Shown here: positions 41,301-49,253 of the stretch, in pieces | Numbering within the stretch: the stretch's first letter is position 1 | Layout of the letters: each line of letters begins with the position of its first letter | From: Parachlamydiales bacterium | Lineage (GTDB): Bacteria; Chlamydiota; Chlamydiia; Chlamydiales; JAJFMK01 | NCBI GenBank assembly: GCA_963765145.1 | Contig: CAVXVG010000024.1 | Location: forward strand, 1-64,000 | Reading direction: 5' to 3' | DNA: 64,000 nt | Notes under the pieces: model-generated | Databases searched by the model: none | Told to the model about the DNA's origin: nothing | The model's input: the letters and a program-made list of their open reading frames with translations, nothing else | Position numbers and translations under genes: made by a program

Positions 41301-43094
41301 TATATTTACAATACTTAAACCCCTGCTAGTCGCTAAATAGGCGTAGTCTCCTTGAATAAACAGATCTGTCACTATATTATTTAAATAAAAAGTGCTTGAT
41401 AACTGCGGGGCAGACGACTTAAATGACAACCAATTAGGAAGAGAGGAATTATTTGCTGTTTGTGCGGAAATTAAAAGATTCCCATCCGGGTTAGAAGCGT
41501 CTTGGAAGGTCTCCAGGACATCTATCTCTAAATTTAAAGATTGCCCGCTGTTTAGGTCTTCTGTAATCAATGGATTCAATACAGAAACATCTCTTTTTTG
41601 AATCCTATGTCTGGTGAATCTTGAAGTCGCATTTTGATCTAGCCGGGTTTCCTCGACACTATGAATGTCACTGACCGGATAGGCGTCAGCTCCACGGATT
41701 AATGACAAAAATGCACTTCCTAATGCATGCAAAGACGCATGCTCTTTATGGCCTGTTGCCAAACTTGCCAAGTAGGCTGTTGCTGCATTGATCACAACCG
41801 GTTGTGCATGATATCGGCTCAAGATCCCTTCAACAAACCCTTCTTTAGGAGCTGCAGGAGCCTCTATAGAGTGCAATCTCACGATAGGAAGATCTTTAAA
41901 CTCTTTTTGATCTATTAAAACAAATTCATCGCCTTGTTGATGATATGTCGCTTTTTGTACAAAACTTGAACCATCATCAAAATGTTCCCTCTTTGTCAAA
42001 GTCATCCGAGCATCACTTTTTACAGTGGTAAACTCAAATTTCCTCTCTTGGTCTTCTACAAGTCGGCTGTAGGTGTCGCTCTGATCATCAAAGTGGAATT
42101 TATCCGTGAAAGAGGTCCCCTCATACTCATAACTTCGGGAAAAACCTCGACTTTGCCACTGAACATTTCTTAGTTGATCGGCAATATCTCCCATCCCGTT
42201 TTCTGCACGCACTTCTGCAAGTTCGATGACCTTTGCCTGGAGAGAGGGGCTTCTTGCCATCTCAATCAGCTCATCTGTGCTTAGAAAATTATCCTGAACA
42301 AGTTGCAGAGCCCTTTTTTGTTCCAATTCAGCCAGCTGATGACTCTGTCCCCAAGAAGCTAATAAAGGACCTGACAAGCTTAGATAGCCTATGAAAAGGC
42401 CTCCAAAAAAACGCCATTTCTCATCGTTAACTTCTTCTTGGGGTGTTTGTGCGAATTGATAATATCTCTTCAGGTAGAGGTCTGCCTTTTGATGAGCATG
42501 ATCGCCTTTAAAGACTCGCTCGGAATCATCTGGCAAGTTCAAGACAACATTTCCCTGTTGTTCTCTCAGCATTCCCTGTAAATTCAAATCCTTTTTTAGG
42601 TCTTCAAACTTTTCCCCTTTCCAACGTCTGCCGATTTTCCCATACTCGATCATCTCCATCTGAGAGATTTTTTTGACTAGATACTCAGATACCGCAGCTT
42701 CCCAAAGCTTTCTGCTGTCCCGGCTTTTCCCCTCTTGAATAACCACAGGGTGCATCTTCTCATTGATTGCACGAAAAGCAAATCGCCCTTGTTTGTTCTT
42801 GAGGAGCTCTAAAATCGTATAACTCTCTTTTGTAGAGGCAAGGGCATTTCCCTCTTTTTTCAGTTGTGTGATGACTTCACTCACCGATTTTGGTTTTAAA
42901 TCGGGCAGCAAACTGCAAAGCGCCCTTGTTGACCCATCTAAAACATCAAAAAATGCACCAAAAACAGCATCAAAAATAGCACCGGAACTACTTAACAAAT
43001 TCGGAATCGAAGAATCGTTGTTATTATTTCTTAAAGCATTGGAAGTGAAAAAATTAACAGACATATTCAATACCGTTTGAAATTGGGCAGACAT
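38322..43094 (-). CDS. 1590-aa membrane protein with LVIVD repeats and six dystroglycan-type cadherin-like (He_PIG/CADG) repeats
   Basis: Repeated LP.WL.FD...RTF.GTP units; repeated G.YAY...L.I.DIS.P.NP units; hydrophobic anchor LTVGSVGISLFGAI near the C-terminus. Confidence 0.85.
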   Translation of the reverse strand: MSAQFQTVLNMSVNFFTSNALRNNNNDSSIPNLLSSSGAIFDAVFGAFFDVLDGSTRALCSLLPDLKPKSVSEVITQLKKEGNALASTKESYTILELLKNKQGRFAFRAINEKMHPVVIQEGKSRDSRKLWEAAVSEYLVKKISQMEMIEYGKIGRRWKGEKFEDLKKDLNLQGMLREQQGNVVLNLPDDSERVFKGDHAHQKADLYLKRYYQFAQTPQEEVNDEKWRFFGGLFIGYLSLSGPLLASWGQSHQLAELEQKRALQLVQDNFLSTDELIEMARSPSLQAKVIELAEVRAENGMGDIADQLRNVQWQSRGFSRSYEYEGTSFTDKFHFDDQSDTYSRLVEDQERKFEFTTVKSDARMTLTKREHFDDGSSFVQKATYHQQGDEFVLIDQKEFKDLPIVRLHSIEAPAAPKEGFVEGILSRYHAQPVVINAATAYLASLATGHKEHASLHALGSAFLSLIRGADAYPVSDIHSVEETRLDQNATSRFTRHRIQKRDVSVLNPLITEDLNSGQSLNLEIDVLETFQDASNPDGNLLISAQTANNSSLPNWLSFKSSAPQLSSTFYLNNIVTDLFIQGDYAYLATSRGLSIVNISIDSQPILVSELNSLGNCIYIKVAGDYAYLGSSTFTSVDISDPANPKIMSRNSINANDLEIQGDYAFLVGGGLVGSDDIKIFDISNPSNMQQVAGIYQGLSSPLIKVDGNYIYLTGHSNNAQLLFIYDITNPKNPTLKSSLTTQLDVPLDIDVNGDYACIAQTYNGLLLINISNKNNPFIEGVPLRSLQLTAVSILGNLVYAYDKNTIRVINLNSPSNPVVEAASANILSDGTNVKLDLKGNTLFVAERASGYKSVDVAKRVLSGRPSSSDRGLQLLDVVAKDSGGHEAVAKLPINVGSIAVNSIPKQTVYVGSSLLFTLDPNTFDYPNSPFTYTATLIGGMSLPDWLQFDPLTLTFHGTPFSGDQNVYQIQVKADNGYGKTVTASFNIEVPDRPPLLENPLGNQTAYTGQFFEYAFPADTFVDLDLDTISYRARLVGSEVLPGWLALDSALRRFYGTPFGFANYQIELIAEDGYGGKATAQFSITVPNSPPIVLNPIDSKLASVGIEFRATINTNTFYDVDGQTLSLSASSSSGPLPNWLSFDPATRTFSGLPTMGGTLAVVVTAVDPFGEKVSTRFDITVLSSSNNNPPLVNREIPDQKVNAGEYFSYTFSANTFTDPDGSDDLLRYEVALESGDPIPAWMLFDSATRTFSGTPPEPQSLRISVRAYDPLGAFAIDTFSFAVVDSTNYPPIVLNPLLDGVAEVDKPFVYPIPANTFFDANGDELEISVYLAGGLPLPGWLRWDPVKKDLSGTPDWFDTDAFASRTYKIEVFARDGTGSAKTTFDLFVTGESFWAFFLKTSLTVGSVGISLFGAIQKRHLIWNYFLTKKYRKATERTVVNERYERAITIDEARIKEVRAFQNNHPLAQGELLPKGLSYTDNRLEGTPTKPGKYTIRFIGKDGRYLEEFVLMIKESADAPDPLDPQSDDLIAKCRNCLPSLSPRPTEDSDQEEELSTGRFERWFGKIQFPNSFPLRSHRQSELNEGLLSSDV

Positions 43095-43315
43095 TATACG
43101 AGATTTTTAATCGCTTAGCAAATTGTCGAACTTTGAAGGATTTAGAGATGGTCTCTGCGTGGCCTATCGACTTTTGTATCACAGCAATACTCGATTGAGC
43201 TTATCCTGCCTATCTTCCTGTTCTCCTAACGTTACAACAAAAAATTGTTAGATTTTTGCAACAAGGCCGTGATTTGGTATAAGTTTGAAGGAAACTTAAT
43301 CCGGTCTTTCTACTG

Positions 43316-44950
43316 ATGTCAAATCGTTCAACTCTCCTTCCTCCTGTAACCCTTTCTTTGGTTCCTACACCAGCCTCTTCGTTGATTTTGAGGCAAAGTC
43401 CTTCGCAAACGACAGAAAAGTCCAAATGGATTTTTGTAAAGGTTTGCGGTAGTTGCAACAAGGAAAGCCCTAGCTTTAATTGCTCCCGTTGTAAGGAGAT
43501 TAGTTATTGTAATGAGAAGTGCCAAAGCGCAGCGTGGAAAACGCATAAAGAATTTTGCCTCCCGCATGGCATTTCAAACCCTTTTGGAGGGAGTCGAGCT
43601 GACCTTAAAAAATTGGTGGCTCCACCACCTCATGATGATGAGTTCGTTTGCCAGTTCAAAGATGAAAATGGGGTTATTTCCCTTTTGACGCAAAAGGAGT
43701 TCAAGGAAATGACAGGGAAGAATTACGCGCGTCATTTTAGTGCATCTGTCCCAAGCATTATAGCATGGCAGAAGATGGCCCCTGCTCCTATTCCTCAGTA
43801 CCGAGATGAGCTTCAGCGCCTACTTATGCCCACGGATGAAGAGATCAAAGCGTTTCATGCAAGGGGCCCCTCAATACTTAGGCTAAAAAACGAACCCTCC
43901 ATGGGGGGATTTGGGGTAGTTGCGGGCGAAAAGATTCCGAGAAGGTCGGTCTTTTGTTACTATTCCGGTGAGATAAAATATCCTTCAAGTTCGGGGAAAA
44001 AAGATTACGCAACATCTATGTACGCTATGGATCCTGTCGATGCATCAAAAGATGCAGGATTAATAGCTTTTGCCAACGACGGTCCTCCAAATTTCGTCTT
44101 TGCGTCGATCCCTAACTGCAAGGGGGTCCCTGAGGCTATTGTTGCTTTTGCCATCAAAGACATTGAAGAAGGGGAACAATTATGGACTCAATATGGAGGG
44201 GGACATCCGTTGACGTCTGAGGTTTATCGCATTGCTCCTGAAAAATTCGAAGAATTAAAACAACATTGCTCAACCGGAAAATTTTATGAGAAATTTTCCA
44301 CGGCGGAGGATCTTCTCCTCTTTTTATACATATATGGAACAAGAAGTGTTTTTTTTCGCCTGCATCTAGAAAAGGCGTTAAATACTCAACAAACAAGGGA
44401 TTTACTTCCCCATAGAATCCCTCAAGAACGGACACAAGATTTGATTGAACTCAGCTTAATATTAAGGGCAACAGAACACATTTTATCCTTTAACGATAGT
44501 CGGTTGACTAAAGAGGTTCTTATGTTTTCAACAATGTTTAGAACGTCAACGTTTATCAAATTGTTATCTCTTCTTGGAAAGGAAAAAAAATTAACAGCCC
44601 ATAAAATGGAAGCATATAAACGTCTTGGAGATATCCTGAATAAGCTTTATCTTTTTACCTATCAAAAACATTATGGCAGCCCTATAACTCTGAAGGGAGA
44701 TGAAATAAAACAACAATTCTCAACATTGCCTACCTATTTAAAAGAAGCGTTCCCTGGCCTTATATCTTCCTTTATTAGGGAGTGTATCAAAGAGAATTTA
44801 GTTGAAGAAAGAGATAGGCTCTATTTGCTATCTGTTGAACTTTTCGGTGAAGAGGGTAGCAGGAAAAATGTAGTTAAAGAAACGGAGGAGATGCTCCATT
44901 CGATACTTACTCTACTTAGTTCCCAGGGAGTTACAACGAAAGAGGCTTGA
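43316..44950 (+). CDS. zf-MYND plus SET-domain protein (eukaryote-like, putative effector)
   Basis: MYND pattern CGSC...CSRC...YC...CQ...W..HK..C; SET motifs GFGVVAGEKI, FANDGPPN and AIKDIEEGEQLWTQYG. Confidence 0.88.
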   Translation: MSNRSTLLPPVTLSLVPTPASSLILRQSPSQTTEKSKWIFVKVCGSCNKESPSFNCSRCKEISYCNEKCQSAAWKTHKEFCLPHGISNPFGGSRADLKKLVAPPPHDDEFVCQFKDENGVISLLTQKEFKEMTGKNYARHFSASVPSIIAWQKMAPAPIPQYRDELQRLLMPTDEEIKAFHARGPSILRLKNEPSMGGFGVVAGEKIPRRSVFCYYSGEIKYPSSSGKKDYATSMYAMDPVDASKDAGLIAFANDGPPNFVFASIPNCKGVPEAIVAFAIKDIEEGEQLWTQYGGGHPLTSEVYRIAPEKFEELKQHCSTGKFYEKFSTAEDLLLFLYIYGTRSVFFRLHLEKALNTQQTRDLLPHRIPQERTQDLIELSLILRATEHILSFNDSRLTKEVLMFSTMFRTSTFIKLLSLLGKEKKLTAHKMEAYKRLGDILNKLYLFTYQKHYGSPITLKGDEIKQQFSTLPTYLKEAFPGLISSFIRECIKENLVEERDRLYLLSVELFGEEGSRKNVVKETEEMLHSILTLLSSQGVTTKEA

Positions 44951-44962
44951 TCAAATAAACGC

Positions 44963-45019
44963 GATCACTTTCATGAAGCCATAACGTCTTGCGCTTCGAG
45001 GCAGAGAAACTCCCTCTTG
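44963..45019 (+). repeat. About 57-bp direct repeat (second copy 46611-46666) bracketing the ATPase gene
   Basis: gatcactttcatgaagccataacgtcttgcgctt(c)gag(g/c)cagagaaactccctcttg occurs at both sites. Confidence 0.92.
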
Positions 45020-45041
45020 ATTCGTATTTAAGACCCAGGAA

Positions 45042-46472
45042 TTAAGGGGTTAGCATTTGACCGAATGGGACGATGTCTGCAAAAAAACCCTCAGCTATAA
45101 TCTCTTCATCTACGCCATTTACATGGATTAATATAGGACGAATAGAGATTCCTCCTCGTACATCAAGGTTGGAAATTTTTTGTTCTACTTCTTTGATGAT
45201 GCCTATTTGGATTGGGTGTTTCGAAAATTTAATTTCGCACACATAAAGTGTGTTGTACTTCGTCTGGATCATGTAATCAATTTGGCAGCCGGATTTATGT
45301 TTTGTTGCCTTCTGAAAATAAGGACCATCACATAAAATTTCACTTGGATGGATGTGAAGAAGGTCATAAAGGACATTGCGATTCTGTATGACAAGGTTTT
45401 CAAATTGAAGGCCCACCACTGTTTCCCAGTTTGAGCTCAACCCGATTGGGCGGTCTTGAAATGATCCTCGCAAAATACTTTCTTTGTTTGGCGCAATGTA
45501 TTTTAGATAAAAACGAATGTAATTGTCGGAAATGGTGAGTTGGCTCAGCTTGGAACTTTTTGCTTTTTTTAAGCTCCATGTGTGAGATTTTTTGAGAAAG
45601 CCAGCTGCTATCAGATCGTTGAGGTATTGGCTGATTGAGCCACCCTTGGTCACTGAGAGCCCTTCGCAAATTTCTTCAAGAGTTGCATGTGGGCTTGAGC
45701 TTAAATATTCTAATATCTTCCGATAAGTCTCGTTCTTTCTGGAGAATAAATCGTGAAAAATTTGATCAAATTCACGGAATAGAAGCCCTTCAGGAGTAAA
45801 ACAGAGTTGGCGAATGAGTTCTTCAGCATTGATACCGGGAATGATATTCTCCAGGTAGCGGGGAACGCCACCTGTTACAGACAATATTTTGAACTTCTCA
45901 TAGGCAGAAATATTTTTCATCTGTTTACCCCAGAACTGACTGCATTCGGAAAGGCTTAGCTCTCCCAAAGAAATGACCAGGTCGATTCTTCCAACAAAAC
46001 CGGTGCTGCTTAATATGTTTTTATCTATCCATGAAGAAACAGAACCGCAAACGATTAAAATGAGCTGCGGATTTTTTTTAAAATATTGGTCCCAAGCAGT
46101 TTTTAATTTTCCAAGGAAAGTGGGGTCTTTCATGCCCATCCAAGAAATTTCGTCCAATGAGATGATGACCTGACCTTTTTGAGTATGATGAGCCAAGTGC
46201 CAAAAAAGATCTCCCCAGTCTTTACAGTAAGGTGTGGGTATACGGAAAATTCGCCCAAGTTGACGGGCAAATTCATCTCGCTGATCCTGAGCTTTTATTT
46301 TGGGATTTGGGGGTAGGCCGGAAAAAAAGACAAAATTGATATTTTCTGCAAATTTTTCTATGAGTCGGCTTTTGCCAATACGGCGTCGACCTTTGATGAC
46401 CACAAAGCTGGCTATGTTTTTTTTCCACAATCCATTCAAGCTTTCTAGTTCTTTTTTGCGGCCTACAAACAT
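45042..46472 (-). CDS. AAA/archaeal-type ATPase (DUF234-like) with a wHTH and a C-terminal PD-(D/E)XK-like domain
   Basis: MFVGRKKEL, GRRRIGKS, LDEISW, TGGVPRYL and QIDY...YVCEIKF motifs. Confidence 0.88.
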   Translation of the reverse strand: MFVGRKKELESLNGLWKKNIASFVVIKGRRRIGKSRLIEKFAENINFVFFSGLPPNPKIKAQDQRDEFARQLGRIFRIPTPYCKDWGDLFWHLAHHTQKGQVIISLDEISWMGMKDPTFLGKLKTAWDQYFKKNPQLILIVCGSVSSWIDKNILSSTGFVGRIDLVISLGELSLSECSQFWGKQMKNISAYEKFKILSVTGGVPRYLENIIPGINAEELIRQLCFTPEGLLFREFDQIFHDLFSRKNETYRKILEYLSSSPHATLEEICEGLSVTKGGSISQYLNDLIAAGFLKKSHTWSLKKAKSSKLSQLTISDNYIRFYLKYIAPNKESILRGSFQDRPIGLSSNWETVVGLQFENLVIQNRNVLYDLLHIHPSEILCDGPYFQKATKHKSGCQIDYMIQTKYNTLYVCEIKFSKHPIQIGIIKEVEQKISNLDVRGGISIRPILIHVNGVDEEIIAEGFFADIVPFGQMLTP

Positions 46473-46814
46473 AAAGTCACCTCTTATTACCTTTCACAAA
46501 ATATCATTTTTATTATTTTGGTGCAAGATGACATAGTCGTACGTCTATCACCAAATATAACTTTTGTCTTTTTTGTGAAAGATTGTAGGCCCGTGCATCT
46601 ATCCCCAACTGATCACTTTCATGAAGCCATAACGTCTTGCGCTTGAGCCAGAGAAACTCCCTCTTGGATCTTCTCTTTTTTGGGATCAATTTTAGGAGGA
46701 GAGTCAAAAGGCTCTTGTAGACGAATATTGCGGCCATTCCTTCTGAGCGGTTAGGTAATGCATGGAAAAAATTTAGATTAAGGTCTTTTAATCATAAGAG
46801 AAACCACCCCCACC

Positions 46815-48506
46815 CTACACCCACCTAGGGAGAAGGTCCGAAATCTGTTCAGGCGTAAACTTTCCATCCCAGCCCATACTGGTGATGTATAACTCGACCG
46901 AAAGACGTAAGTCCAAAATTTTTTCTGATGCATTTCGAATCACCCGAAGATGACAGAATAAAGCGATCCAATGAGCCATTGTTTGAAATGGAAGCTCGGA
47001 TAAACTTTCTTGAGTTAATTTTTTTAATTTAGCCTTTTCTCTTTCGTAAAATTTAGGGAAAAATGGAAGATCAGCTGGAAACTCTATCCACTCGGGATCA
47101 TAGATGGCTGGAAGATCAACCCCATTAAAAGAAGTAACAAATGTTGCGCCCTCTTCAATCGACAAAGGTGTTTCCTGGTCGATATCCTCTAATCGCCTTA
47201 AAAATACATCCAAGGTCTGTTTAGTAAGTTCTAGATTATTTGAAAATCCAAGAGAGAGAAATTCAAAGATTTGTTCCTTCGTAAAATCCTCGTTATGAAT
47301 GAGCGCCCATCTCGTCAAACCTTCAAATCCATTTTTAAGACGGCTCACAAAGCTCCACCTCTTGCCCATTTTTTTTAAGGAAGAGGTCACATCCGACAAA
47401 ATCTGAACAGTTAAAGAATCAGGTTCGCTAGCTATTTTGTCTAGTACGCAGCCGACTATAACTACAACGGCTGCTATAGTTGGCCCATCAAAATCGATTA
47501 TTTTACTAAGCGCATGCAGCAGTTCAAGGCTCTCATCAAAAGAAAATAACCGTTTAACGTCATCGTTGTGAAGAACATGATTTAGTACAAGATAACGATT
47601 GAAAAAGTTCACTAAGAAATTTTTTGTACAGCAGGAACGACTCCAGATTTCTCTATATTTCCAATTTTGTCTTGCAAGAAAGAGAATAACCTTCCTCTGA
47701 AAAGAGGGGCTGAGACTTTCCTGAATCATTGCCATATGATCCAGTATGTGAACGCTTATTTCTCTATACTTCTTTTCAGTAAATGGGGTATTGAGCTCTG
47801 CCAAATGCTTTAAAACATTAAAATAGAATTCAGCACGCACTTCATAGTCATCGTCCTCTTTGAGGCTAAGTAAAGGGGTCATGTTATTAATTGCAGACAT
47901 CCAATTATCATAAGGATGATTCGACCTTGTCAGAAAAGTGGCTATTTTACTCCACAACTTTGGATCTCTCTGACGAGAGGAGTCAATATATCGGGCAAGT
48001 TCATTACAGGTCCCTCCCCATTTGACGTTTTCATTTTCCCAAGGTAACGCTTGAGTTGGTGCTGCAAAATATTTTCGAATGACCCTCTGAGCCAATATTC
48101 GCAACTCTTTGTTTACTTTAAGACACTTTAAAAGATCGGAGGGAGATAAGAATTGAAGAATGTTTTCCCACACTTCTAAAGGAAAAGTGTCAGGAGGAAC
48201 TCTTTCTTTTGGCACTAGAGCATTTGAAGGCTCAAGGTTTGTAATGGGTAGATCACTAGAGGGCAAAACCGGAGGCTCAGGCTGTGTTGTCTTACAGCTA
48301 ATACATAAAGGATACAACCATGCGATCAAGGAGGCGGTTATTGCGCAAGGCGCTACGCTTTTAGCAGAAAACACAAACAACGCGAATGTTGAAGTTGCAG
48401 CAATCGATGCAATGGCAAGTTTCGAGATTCTTTCCAAACATGGATCTAATCCAGGCCGATATAAAGCCTGCTCAACTGTAGGTAATTTTAAACCGAATAT
48501 CTGCAT
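46815..48506 (-). CDS. F-box protein with an N-terminal Inc-like hydrophobic hairpin
   Basis: F-box FPLEVWENILQFLSPSDLLKCLKVNKELRILA; bilobed hydrophobic stretch at about aa 31-69. Confidence 0.8.
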   Translation of the reverse strand: MQIFGLKLPTVEQALYRPGLDPCLERISKLAIASIAATSTFALFVFSAKSVAPCAITASLIAWLYPLCISCKTTQPEPPVLPSSDLPITNLEPSNALVPKERVPPDTFPLEVWENILQFLSPSDLLKCLKVNKELRILAQRVIRKYFAAPTQALPWENENVKWGGTCNELARYIDSSRQRDPKLWSKIATFLTRSNHPYDNWMSAINNMTPLLSLKEDDDYEVRAEFYFNVLKHLAELNTPFTEKKYREISVHILDHMAMIQESLSPSFQRKVILFLARQNWKYREIWSRSCCTKNFLVNFFNRYLVLNHVLHNDDVKRLFSFDESLELLHALSKIIDFDGPTIAAVVVIVGCVLDKIASEPDSLTVQILSDVTSSLKKMGKRWSFVSRLKNGFEGLTRWALIHNEDFTKEQIFEFLSLGFSNNLELTKQTLDVFLRRLEDIDQETPLSIEEGATFVTSFNGVDLPAIYDPEWIEFPADLPFFPKFYEREKAKLKKLTQESLSELPFQTMAHWIALFCHLRVIRNASEKILDLRLSVELYITSMGWDGKFTPEQISDLLPRWV

Positions 48507-48874
48507 AAACCACTAATTTAAATAAATATTATACAAAAAATTCAATTACTCAACAAGATGCTTGAGGGAAAAAGGTTTTTAATTAAAATTGAGGAGATAG
48601 TTAAGAGCAAGTGACTTGGTCCCAACGGATCATCTGATTTCCGGCAATATCCTCTTTAGCTTTAAATTTGTCTAAATTTTCATAGGCGGAAGCAGGCATG
48701 GCTCCTTCAAGGTGGGGGGGGAGGGTCGTAACATTGCTAATTGTGAGAGATTCTCCTTCATGAAGCTTTTAGCTCTGAAAGAAGGTTCAGAAAATTCTCA
48801 CATCGCGTTAATAATTAACTGAATACGAAAATTAATCGACAGATCGATTAATTTTTTGTTTTTTTAATCGACAG

Positions 48875-49183
48875 AATGCTGTCTATTTAGAATTAAGGCG
48901 CAGGGGCAAACAAGCATTCTATTATAAACAAGCGCAAGAAGTCGACTTTGTAATCACAGAATTGGGAAAACCTTTAGATGCAATACAAGTGTGTTACTCC
49001 GATCTTGAGGACCAAGAAACGCGTAATCGCGAGATCAATGCTCTGCTAGAATGTTTGCAGGTTCTAAAACTTCCATCGGGAAAAATCTTAACGCTTTCTT
49101 TGGAAGATGTTCTCTTTAAGGAGGGGAAAACGATTCATCTCATCCCTCTCTATCAATGGCTGAATTCAACCGCTCAACTTTGA
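48875..49183 (+). pseudogene. 3' remnant of an AAA ATPase/DUF4143-type gene
   Basis: The frame reads NAVYLELRRRGKQAFYYKQAQEVDFVI...IQVCY...REINAL...IPLYQWL, directly after a duplicated ttaatcgacaga. Confidence 0.8.
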
Positions 49184-49194
49184 GTAACTTTATT

Positions 49195-49235
49195 CTCTCT
49201 TGATTCGTATTCGGGAATCGTGAATAAAAGAATTT
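49195..49235 (+). promoter_or_regulatory. Copy of the nuoA upstream motif in front of nuoF
   Basis: ctctcttgattcgtattcgggaatcgtgaataaaagaattt differs from 33282-33322 at four positions. Confidence 0.6.
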
Positions 49236-49253
49236 CTTGGGGGTTTGTAAAAC

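Larger units (their letters stand above)
36208..49192. mobile_element. About 13-kb accessory island splitting nuoE from nuoF (no integrase seen)
   Basis: Unrelated toxin-antitoxin, effector-like and remnant genes lie between two normally adjacent nuo genes. Confidence 0.75.

Noticed and set aside
36221..46814. ggtggggtggtt / aaccacccccacc as terminal inverted repeats of the island
   Set aside because: The match is only about 12 bp, imperfect and low-complexity, has no target duplication, and does not enclose the whole island.
48601..48803. Small minus-strand ORF around a G8 tract
   Set aside because: The frame is broken and there is no recognisable similarity, so it cannot be supported.
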